Shown: positions 1-6,186 of the stretch, in pieces
How positions within the stretch are numbered: the first letter of the stretch is position 1
Layout of the letters: each line of letters opens with the position of its first letter
Assembly: GCA_046758705.1 (NCBI GenBank)
Contig: JBHIAT010000123.1
Coordinates: forward strand, 1 to 11,464
Direction of reading: 5' to 3'
From: Candidatus Bipolaricaulia bacterium
GTDB lineage: Bacteria; Bipolaricaulota; Bipolaricaulia; JBHIAT01
DNA length: 11,464 nt
Notes under the pieces: model-generated
What the model was told of the DNA's origin: nothing
The model's input: only the letters and a program-made list of their open reading frames with translations
Database searches by the model: none
Made by a program: the position numbers and the translations under genes

Positions 1-473
1 AAATCTCTCTACTTTGCTTCCACCAATCCGGTCGAACATCGACTTCGTATTGAGGTTTGCGTATCCACTTTAGATCCTCTTTGATCCAAAACTCAAGTAC
101 CTTAATGGGAACGGAGCCCATTGTGTCCCCTCCGATGCAATCGATTTTGCCGCTGTTTGGATCTGAGCTTGTGTGGCGAGGAGGATCGCCGTAGTGGAAC
201 CAGCCCACATCTCCTTCTGAAGGCAGCTTCACTTCGGGATCCGCTAAGTCCATCTTCTTCCGCTCGTGCTCCTCTATGCCCTTGCGACAGTGGACGGTAA
301 CCTTGAAGGACCTTCCGCACCCCTGGCATGCTATCTCCAGGAATGCCACATGCGTCGCGTAGATATTTGGAGACCTTGTCCGGATGGAACTTTCCATAGC
401 GAGGAACACCCTGCGTATCATACCAGTCCGGATCACCGGCTCGCTTGAGAATATCTTCGAAGTCGGCTTTCAT
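1..473 (-). pseudogene. Frameshifted hypothetical protein with CxxC motif (possible zinc-binding, phage-like); 3' end outside window
   Basis: ATG at 473 gives MKADFEDILKRAGDPDWYDTQGVPRYGKFHPDK. Dropping one base near 366-376 continues SPNIYATHVAFLEIACQGCGRSFKVTVHC...GWFHYGDPPRH...DCIGGDTMGSVPIKVLEFWIKEDLKWIRKPQYEVDVRPDWWK, open to position 1. The listed 102..473 frame becomes R/S/G-rich after that point. Confidence 0.65.
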
Positions 474-512
474 GCTTGATCTCGATCGCGATTCCTCTCG
501 GTTCAGTATACT

Positions 513-540
513 AATCTATTTTACAATCCGGTTATGTCAA
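513..540 (-). promoter_or_regulatory. Putative sigma70 promoter for the hypothetical gene starting at 473
   Basis: Minus strand TTGACA (540-535), 16 nt spacer, TAGATT (518-513), in an AT-rich intergenic stretch. Confidence 0.5.
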
Positions 541-652
541 GAGAAAGGGATGTAAACGATGTTGGTGGACAGTCCCCTGTTGTCTCGATCTCAGCATTCG
601 AAGCAGTCGCATTCCAGCACTGAAAGTGCCAAAGCAGGCTTAGCACCAACGG

Positions 653-1111
653 TTAGTTACGCCTGCCGTGCCAACTCTTCGCCTGTTTTTTAGCCATCCG
701 CATCAGGGTGTCGACCTCAACGTGGCTTAAGACGTTGGGGAGGGTTTGCGGTGTCTTGGGGGACTTGATTCGACTTGTGGGTGACTCTACAAGCCATCCT
801 TCCTCCTGAACCCAGTTGAAAAATGCTCGGATCGAGCGCCAACGAATCCCTACAGTTGTAGGGTTCACCCGTTCCTGTAGGTGTACGATGAACTGTCTGA
901 GATCTCCCGATGTGATCTGTTCCAACTCTGAATCGCCCAAAAAGCGGATCAGAGGCTCGATGGAACGCCGGTACAGGTCGATGGTTTGAGGCGATCGACC
1001 CTCAACTCTGATCGACAGTAGAAACGCATCCAGGCCTTGAGAAAGGCTCAGACGATCCAAGCCAGAAAAAGTCACGGGATCTGTCTGAAATTGATCGTGT
1101 TGTGGAGGCAC
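653..1111 (-). pseudogene. Truncated tyrosine recombinase/integrase (XerC/D-like core-binding domain only, about 152 aa)
   Basis: FLLSIRVEGRSPQTIDLYRRSI...ITSGDLRQFI...NPTTVGIRWRSIRAFFNW...SPTSRIKSPKTPQTLPNVLS is a typical SAM-like core-binding domain and linker. TAA follows RRN, just before catalytic box I. Start moved to GTG 1111 (AAGGGA 6 nt upstream) because the listed start at 1201 lies inside the tRNA. Confidence 0.85.
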
Positions 1112-1157
1112 AGTGCTTCCCTTCCGAATCCCGGGAAAAGCACTACAGATGGGAACA

Positions 1158-1244
1158 TGGTGCCAAGGGCGGGAGTCGAACCCGCACGCCCCGAAGGGCA
1201 CGGGATTTTGAGTCCCGCGCGTCTGCCAGTTCCGCCACCTTGGC
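1158..1244 (-). tRNA. tRNA-Leu(CAA), 87 nt, encoded CCA end
   Basis: Minus strand GCCAAGG-TGGCGGAACTGGCAGACGC-G-CGGGA CT CAA AA TCCCG-long variable arm TGCCCTTCGGGGCGT-GCGGG TTCGACT CCCGC-CCTTGGC-A-CCA. Confidence 0.98.
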
Positions 1245-1257
1245 GTTATGTGGTTAG

Positions 1258-1286
1258 ATTATATCGTTCGACAGCCCGGTTGTCAA
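1258..1286 (-). promoter_or_regulatory. Consensus sigma70 promoter of tRNA-Leu
   Basis: Minus strand TTGACA (1286-1281), 17 nt, TATAAT (1263-1258), ending 13 nt before the tRNA 5' end. Confidence 0.9.
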
Positions 1287-1309
1287 AGAGTTCTCCGGCG
1301 ACAACCGGC

Positions 1310-1338
1310 TTGAACCCGGTGCTGCAATTCCCTAAGAT
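1310..1338 (+). promoter_or_regulatory. Putative sigma70 promoter of pgsA
   Basis: TTGAAC (1310-1315), 17 nt, TAAGAT (1333-1338), ending 8 nt before the GTG. Confidence 0.6.
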
Positions 1339-1346
1339 ATGACAGA

Positions 1347-1913
1347 GTGGCTAAGAAGGAGACGAAATCGAAGGCGATCAACATCGCGAATACCATCACC
1401 GTCTCCAGGTTGGCGTTGCTCCCCCCCCTGCTGATCTACCTGTTCCGCGGAGACGAAGGACGGCTTATCTCATTCGGGCTGCTGCTGGCCATGTTGGCCG
1501 GAGACCTGCTCGACGGGGCGATCGCCCGGTGGCTTCACCAGGTGACCCCTGAGGGAAAATTCCTCGATCCGGCCGTCGACAAGCTCGTCTTTGCCGCGGT
1601 GCTGATCTCGTTGGCGGTACTCGACGAGATCGCCTGGCTCGCGATGATCCTGCTTCTGACCCAGCAGATCGGGATGCTGGTCGGCTTTCTGGTCTTCTAC
1701 CGGGGTAAGGAGTTGATCAGCGCCCGTCACCTGGGCAAGTTCACCTCGGCGATCCTCGCCCTGGCTGTTGTGCTCACCTATCTCAGTCCGTATGCGGATC
1801 GCTCCCTCTATCAAAACGAGATCCTCTACGTCGGGGTCGTGTTCGCCTGGCTGGCGGGGTTCGATTACCTGATGGTGGTGATCCGTCGAAGCCGGCGAAG
1901 TCAAGAAGCTTGA
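1347..1913 (+). CDS. pgsA: CDP-alcohol phosphatidyltransferase, PgsA-like (phosphatidylglycerophosphate synthase)
   Basis: NIANTITVSRL N-terminus, signature DLLDGAIAR...GKFLDPAVDK (DxxDGxxAR...GxxxDxxxD), and several hydrophobic helices. Exact substrate is not provable from motifs. Confidence 0.85.
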   Translation: MAKKETKSKAINIANTITVSRLALLPPLLIYLFRGDEGRLISFGLLLAMLAGDLLDGAIARWLHQVTPEGKFLDPAVDKLVFAAVLISLAVLDEIAWLAMILLLTQQIGMLVGFLVFYRGKELISARHLGKFTSAILALAVVLTYLSPYADRSLYQNEILYVGVVFAWLAGFDYLMVVIRRSRRSQEA

Positions 1914-1934
1914 TATCGCGATCGCAGACCGGAC

Positions 1935-2834
1935 CTAACCGGTCGAGTTGTCGAGAAACGTGTCGAACTCCGGGGGAGGCGGCGCCTCAAACTGCATCGG
2001 CCTTCCGGTCCTGGGGTGCTGGAGGCTAAGACTCCAGGCATGGAGCATCAACCGTTCGAACCGGTCCTTTCGTCCGTACTTGCGATCCCCGGCAATCGGA
2101 TGGCCGATCTCCTTGAGATGGACGCGAAGCTGGTGTGTCCTGCCGGTCATTGGCCTCAACTCCACTAGGGTCAGTCCATCGTGTCGGTTCCTCACCTCGA
2201 ACTCGGTGACCGCGTCCTTCCCTGCCTGGGTGACCGCCATCGACTGTCTGTTCCAAGGGGCTCTCCCGACCCGCATCTCGATCCGTCCCGCATCCTCCTC
2301 GATCCGTCCGTGAACCAGGGCCAGGTAGCGTTTTCTCACCGCTCTCGATTGGAACTGTCGAACCAGATTCTGATGTGCCTCGTCGGTTCGGGCAGCGATC
2401 AGCACCCCACTGGTCCCCTTGTCAAGCCGGTGGACGATCCCCGGTCGCCTCGGATCGCCGACCTGGGATAGGCTGTGGCAGTGATAGAGCAGACCGTTGA
2501 CCAGCGTACCCCCCTCATGACCCGGTGCTGGATGGACCACCAAGCCCGAGGGCTTGTTCACGACGATGAGCTCGTCGTCCTCGTAGAGGATCTCAAGTGG
2601 GATGGGCTCGGGCTTCGGCTCGGGATCCGGGGGTGGGGGGAACATCGCTTCGATCCGATCACCGCTCTTGACGAGGTAGCTCGACTTGACCCGCTTGCCG
2701 TCCACCCGGACGAGTCCGCGAGCGATCAGCTTCTGAACCTGGCTTCTTGAGCGCCCCACCCGCGTTGCGATCAACAGATCGATCCGGGTCCCCGCCTCGG
2801 TCTCGCCGACGGTAAACTGGTTGTGTGCGTTCAT
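1935..2834 (-). CDS. rluD: RluA/RluD-family 23S rRNA pseudouridine synthase with N-terminal S4 domain
   Basis: RIDLLIA...SRSQVQKLI..G.VRVDG (S4), VVNKPSGLVVHP, GIVHRLDKGTSG with catalytic Asp, TGRTHQLRVH, GHPIAGD..YG, LHAWSL. Confidence 0.92.
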   Translation of the reverse strand: MNAHNQFTVGETEAGTRIDLLIATRVGRSRSQVQKLIARGLVRVDGKRVKSSYLVKSGDRIEAMFPPPPDPEPKPEPIPLEILYEDDELIVVNKPSGLVVHPAPGHEGGTLVNGLLYHCHSLSQVGDPRRPGIVHRLDKGTSGVLIAARTDEAHQNLVRQFQSRAVRKRYLALVHGRIEEDAGRIEMRVGRAPWNRQSMAVTQAGKDAVTEFEVRNRHDGLTLVELRPMTGRTHQLRVHLKEIGHPIAGDRKYGRKDRFERLMLHAWSLSLQHPRTGRPMQFEAPPPPEFDTFLDNSTG

Positions 2835-2870
2835 GCCTTTGATACCCTCGCTTTGGTTCTCCTAATCCTC

Positions 2871-2899
2871 AGTTTATCGGACCAATCGTCGGTTGTCCA
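2871..2899 (-). promoter_or_regulatory. Putative sigma70 promoter of rluD
   Basis: Minus strand TGGACA (2899-2894), 17 nt, TAAACT (2876-2871). Confidence 0.55.
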
Positions 2900-2929
2900 A
2901 AGTGTAAGCCATGGGCACAGGGCAGCCGT

Positions 2930-2958
2930 TTGAGAAACAGCCCCGGGTCTGGTATAAT
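2930..2958 (+). promoter_or_regulatory. Sigma70 promoter of nusA with extended -10
   Basis: TTGAGA (2930-2935), 17 nt, TATAAT (2953-2958), preceded by TGn. Confidence 0.8.
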
Positions 2959-2991
2959 ACGGAATATAGAACTATTAGGAATGACTCAGCC

Positions 2992-3018
2992 ATGATCCAA
3001 AGGATCATTATTTTTGTT
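2992..3018 (+). terminator. Putative weak intrinsic terminator/attenuator in nusA leader
   Basis: Hairpin ATGATCC-AAA-GGATCAT (2992-3008) immediately followed by TATTTTTGTT. Confidence 0.5.
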
Positions 3019-3067
3019 GGATGAAGATCAACGAGTGTTGATCCTCATCTATGGAGCGGTGAGTCCG

Positions 3068-4102
3068 GTGAACATCGAGTTCTTAGAAGCGTTGGAGGAG
3101 ATGGCTAAGGAGCAGGGGATCGCCCGGGAGGATCTCTACCGAGCGATTGAGGCGGGGCTGACGGCCGCCTATACGGAGCAATTCGGCGAGCCGAAGGCAC
3201 TGGAGGTGCTCATCGACAAGAACTCCGGCGATATCCAGCTCCTCGTCCAGGAGGGGAAGCAGGAGAAACAGCGACGCCAGGTTCGGTTACGGGACTTCGG
3301 CCGGGTCGCCACGAAGATCGCGGAGCAGACGATCCGGCAGGAGATTCTCAAGATCAAGCGGCAGATCATCTACGAGAAGTACCGGGCTCGGATCGGCGAG
3401 CTGATCAACGGCTCTGTCCACCGGTTCGACGGTGGGAATGTCTGGCTCAACCTCGGGGAGGCCGAGGCACTCCTGCCCGATCGGGAGCGAATCCCTGGGG
3501 AGCGTTATCGGCAAGGAGCCCGGCTGAAGGCGTACCTCTACGATGTGGAGCAAACTCAAGGGGACCCCCGGATCCTGGTCTCAAGGACCCAACCGGGTTT
3601 TGTGGAACGGCTCCTCGAGCTCGAAGTCCCGGAGCTGGCCGACGGATTGCTGGTGGTCAAGGCGATCGCCCGTGAGGCGGGGCGCCGGACCAAAGTGGCC
3701 GTCCAATCGCTGGATGAGGAGATCGAACCGGTGGGGACCAGTGTCGGATCGGGTGGCTCCCGGATCAAAGCCGTGATCCAAGAGATCTCTGGGGAGAAGA
3801 TCGATGTGGTTCGGTGGAGCGACAACATCGAGGAGCTGATCACCCATTCGCTCGAGCCGGCGAGCGTTCTTTCCATCGAGCTGGATGAGGAGAACAAGGC
3901 CGCCAAAGTCCTGGTCCCCGACGATGAACTCTCGTTAGCGATCGGTAAGGGTGGGCAGAACGTCCGGTTGACGGTGAAGCTGACCGGGTACAACATCGAT
4001 GTGACCAGTCCCGTGGAGGAGCTGGAGGCGGAAGCCAAAGCGGCTCATTCAGGGGTCGAATCCGGGTCTGAGGCCGAGCCTGAATCTGAATCTGAATCTT
4101 AA
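3068..4102 (+). CDS. nusA: Transcription termination/antitermination factor NusA (about 344 aa)
   Basis: MNIEFLEALEEMAKEQGI N-terminus, DFGR, S1 domain (GELINGSVHR...ILVSRT), KH1 (AREAGRRTKVAV...VGSGGSRI), KH2 (LSLAIGKGGQNVRL). Start moved from 3014 to GTG 3068 (GGAGCGGTGA upstream). Confidence 0.96.
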   Translation: MNIEFLEALEEMAKEQGIAREDLYRAIEAGLTAAYTEQFGEPKALEVLIDKNSGDIQLLVQEGKQEKQRRQVRLRDFGRVATKIAEQTIRQEILKIKRQIIYEKYRARIGELINGSVHRFDGGNVWLNLGEAEALLPDRERIPGERYRQGARLKAYLYDVEQTQGDPRILVSRTQPGFVERLLELEVPELADGLLVVKAIAREAGRRTKVAVQSLDEEIEPVGTSVGSGGSRIKAVIQEISGEKIDVVRWSDNIEELITHSLEPASVLSIELDEENKAAKVLVPDDELSLAIGKGGQNVRLTVKLTGYNIDVTSPVEELEAEAKAAHSGVESGSEAEPESESES

Positions 4103-4110
4103 CCTTAACC
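4081..4110 (+). repeat. Hexamer tandem repeat (TGAATC)3(TTAACC)2 spanning the nusA stop codon
   Basis: Read directly: tgaatc tgaatc tgaatc ttaacc ttaacc. Confidence 0.8.
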
Positions 4111-4135
4111 TCGTCCTCCCTCGTTCCTATTGAGG

Positions 4136-4164
4136 TTGCACTTCCCTCCCTTCCTTCCTATAAT
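4136..4164 (+). promoter_or_regulatory. Sigma70 promoter of rny-spoVS
   Basis: TTGCAC (4136-4141), 17 nt all-pyrimidine spacer, TATAAT (4159-4164). GAGG at 4187-4190 precedes ATG 4199. Confidence 0.8.
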
Positions 4165-4198
4165 TGGGTAGAAAATTTCTGGGACAGAGGTTAATCCG

Positions 4199-5728
4199 AT
4201 GCTAGAGTATCTGACTATACCATTGAGCGTTATCTTGTTGGTATTGGGTTATTGGGCGGGTAGGATCCACTACCAGCGGCGACTCGACACCGCCCAACGA
4301 CGGGTCCAGGAGATCATTGCTGAGGCACAGCGGGAGGCCGAGAACCTGAAGAAGGAGATCGTGCTGACTGCCAAGGAGGAGATCCAAAACCGCCGTGAGG
4401 CGCTTGAGCAACGGGTGAAAGAGCGTGAGCAGGAGCTAAGCCGCCTGGAGACACAGCTGCTGGAGAAGCAGGATCGGTTGGGCAAGAAGAGCAACTACCT
4501 GGAGAGGATCGAGGACTCTCTCAGGGAAGATGAAACGATGATCGAGGCGGTTATTCGTCAGGGGAAGGCGTTGTTGGAGCAGGAGCGGCATTATCTGGCG
4601 GAGATCTCCAAGCTCTCGACTGAGGGGGCCAGGGATCTTTTGCTCAAGCAGATGGAACGGGAGTCACAGAGATATTTCGCCAACCAGATCCGTAAGATCA
4701 AGGATCGGGCCGAGGAGCAAGCGGAACGGGAGGCAAACCGGATCATCGCCAGCGCCATCGAGCGTTATGCCTCCGACTATGTGGAGGAGAACCTGGTGTG
4801 TTCGGTCCCGCTGCCAAGCGACGACTACAAGGGGCGGATCATTGGCAGGGAGGGCCGCAATATCCGGACGTTCGAGGCGTTGACTGGGGTCGATGTGATC
4901 GTGGATGATACCCCGGAGACGGTCGTGCTCTCCTCGTTCCATCCGATCCGACGGGAGATTGCCCGGTTGGCGATGCAGAAACTGATCAAGGACGGTCGCA
5001 TCCATCCGGCCCATATCGAAGAGAAGGTCGGCAGAGCCCGGCAGGAGATCACCGATCGGATCAAGGAGACTGGCCAGAAGGCGCTGTTTGAGGCCGGGAT
5101 CGACGGGATGCCATCGCAATTGGTGGAGCTGATCGGCGAAATGAGGTTCAGAACGAGCTACGGCCAGAACATCCTTCGGCATTCTCTGGAGGTCAGCTTC
5201 ATCGCCGGGATGCTTGCCTCCGAATTGGGGCTCAATCCCCAACCGGGAAAACGCGCCGGCCTGCTCCACGATATCGGGAAGTTGGTCAGCCATGAGGTGG
5301 ATGGCCCACACGCGATCATCGGGGCGGACTTGGCCGAGCGGTGTGGTGAGTCTGAGGAGGTCGTCCATGCCATCCGGGCTCATCACAACGATATCGAGCC
5401 CGAGACGATCCTCGATTTCATCACGAAGGCAGCCGACACCCTATCCGCCGCCAGGCCGGGTGCCCGTCAGGAGACATTCGAAAGCTATATCCAGCGACTG
5501 AAGGATCTGGAAGCGGTTGCCAACTCGTTCCCCGAGGTGGAGGAAACCTACGCAGTCCAGGCAGGTCGGGAGATCCGGGTGATGGTCAAGCCCCATGAGA
5601 CAGGTGATGATACCACGGCGAAGTTAGCTTACGATATCGCTCGGAAGATCGAGGAAGAGATCGAGTATCCGGGGGAGATCAAGGTTAACGTCATCAAGAA
5701 GCTCCAGTTTACGGACAAAGCAAGATGA
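4199..5728 (+). CDS. rny: Ribonuclease Y
   Basis: N-terminal TM helix, long coiled coil, KH domain KGRIIGREGRNIR, RTSYGQN..HS.EV, HD motif LLHDIGK, ADTLSAARPGAR, YAVQAGREIRVMV, YPGEIKV. Confidence 0.97.
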   Translation: MLEYLTIPLSVILLVLGYWAGRIHYQRRLDTAQRRVQEIIAEAQREAENLKKEIVLTAKEEIQNRREALEQRVKEREQELSRLETQLLEKQDRLGKKSNYLERIEDSLREDETMIEAVIRQGKALLEQERHYLAEISKLSTEGARDLLLKQMERESQRYFANQIRKIKDRAEEQAEREANRIIASAIERYASDYVEENLVCSVPLPSDDYKGRIIGREGRNIRTFEALTGVDVIVDDTPETVVLSSFHPIRREIARLAMQKLIKDGRIHPAHIEEKVGRARQEITDRIKETGQKALFEAGIDGMPSQLVELIGEMRFRTSYGQNILRHSLEVSFIAGMLASELGLNPQPGKRAGLLHDIGKLVSHEVDGPHAIIGADLAERCGESEEVVHAIRAHHNDIEPETILDFITKAADTLSAARPGARQETFESYIQRLKDLEAVANSFPEVEETYAVQAGREIRVMVKPHETGDDTTAKLAYDIARKIEEEIEYPGEIKVNVIKKLQFTDKAR

Positions 5729-6135
5729 AGATGTTAAAGGTCTCATCTCACTCCAAACCCAATTCCGTAGCGGCTGCCCTGGCCGGGAGCATCCGAGAGG
5801 AGGGGGAGGCCGGGCTTCAGGCAATCGGGGCCAAAGCGGTGAATCAAGCGGTGAAGGCGGTGGCCATCGCCCGCGGCTACGTGGCCCCCAACGGAATCGA
5901 CCTGTTCGCCGTCCCGAGCTTCACCGACGTCGTGATCGAAGGGAAGCAGAGAACCGCGATCAGGATCCAGGTCAAACCGCGCTATCGGGTCATCTTCGCC
6001 GAGAAGCACCGTGCAGAAGCAGAAGAGGAAGAGCGATTTGAAGAAACGTCTGAAGTCACCCCTGAAGAAACCGGCGAACCCGTAGAGATGGAGGAGGACG
6101 GGTCCCAAGAGGAAGAGGAGCTTTGGGCCTTCTGA
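5725..6135 (+). CDS. spoVS: SpoVS family protein with 50-aa acidic C-terminal extension
   Basis: LKVSSHSKPNSVAAALAG...QAIGAKAVNQAVKAVAIARGYVAPNGIDL..VPSF.DV.IEG..RTAI. ATGA overlap with the rny stop. Confidence 0.93.
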   Translation: MKMLKVSSHSKPNSVAAALAGSIREEGEAGLQAIGAKAVNQAVKAVAIARGYVAPNGIDLFAVPSFTDVVIEGKQRTAIRIQVKPRYRVIFAEKHRAEAEEEERFEETSEVTPEETGEPVEMEEDGSQEEEELWAF

Positions 6136-6186
6136 TCTGCGATCAACCGGCCAAGGAAGACCTGCTGCTGCGACCTGCCCGACGGG

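Larger units (their letters stand above)
1..1157. mobile_element. Edge of a degraded integrative element (genomic island or prophage remnant) inserted at the tRNA-Leu 3' end; continues beyond the left window edge
   Basis: A tyrosine recombinase gene starts 47 bp from the tRNA CCA end. The region is visibly more AT-rich than the housekeeping genes to the right, and both genes in it are disrupted. No second att copy was found in the window. Confidence 0.7.

Noticed and set aside
553-657. attC-like or MITE-like structure (GTTGGTG 561-567 / CACCAAC 644-650, GTTAG at the integrase stop, inner GCACT-GAA-AGTGC)
   Set aside because: Only a 7-bp inverted repeat, no proper RYYYAAC box or continuous stem, single copy, and no IntI-specific features visible in the integrase fragment.
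1037-1342. 101-aa plus-strand ORF and the N-terminal extension of the integrase ORF to 1201
   Set aside because: Both overlap the tRNA-Leu gene; VPRAGVEPARP is the usual antisense-tRNA translation artefact.
1420-1429. C8 homopolymer in pgsA as a phase-variation tract
   Set aside because: Short, in frame (LPPL), and in a probably essential gene of a GC-rich genome.
1914-1944. Terminator between convergent pgsA and rluD (GACCGG-ACCTAA-CCGGTC)
   Set aside because: 6-bp stem overlapping the rluD stop, with no U-tract on either strand.
3014-3067. Longer nusA N-terminus from TTG 3014
   Set aside because: NusA similarity begins at MNIEF (3068); the upstream part is a hairpin-containing leader with no SD.
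5725-6135. spoVS as evidence of sporulation
   Set aside because: SpoVS homologs occur in many non-sporulating phyla, and no other sporulation genes are present here.
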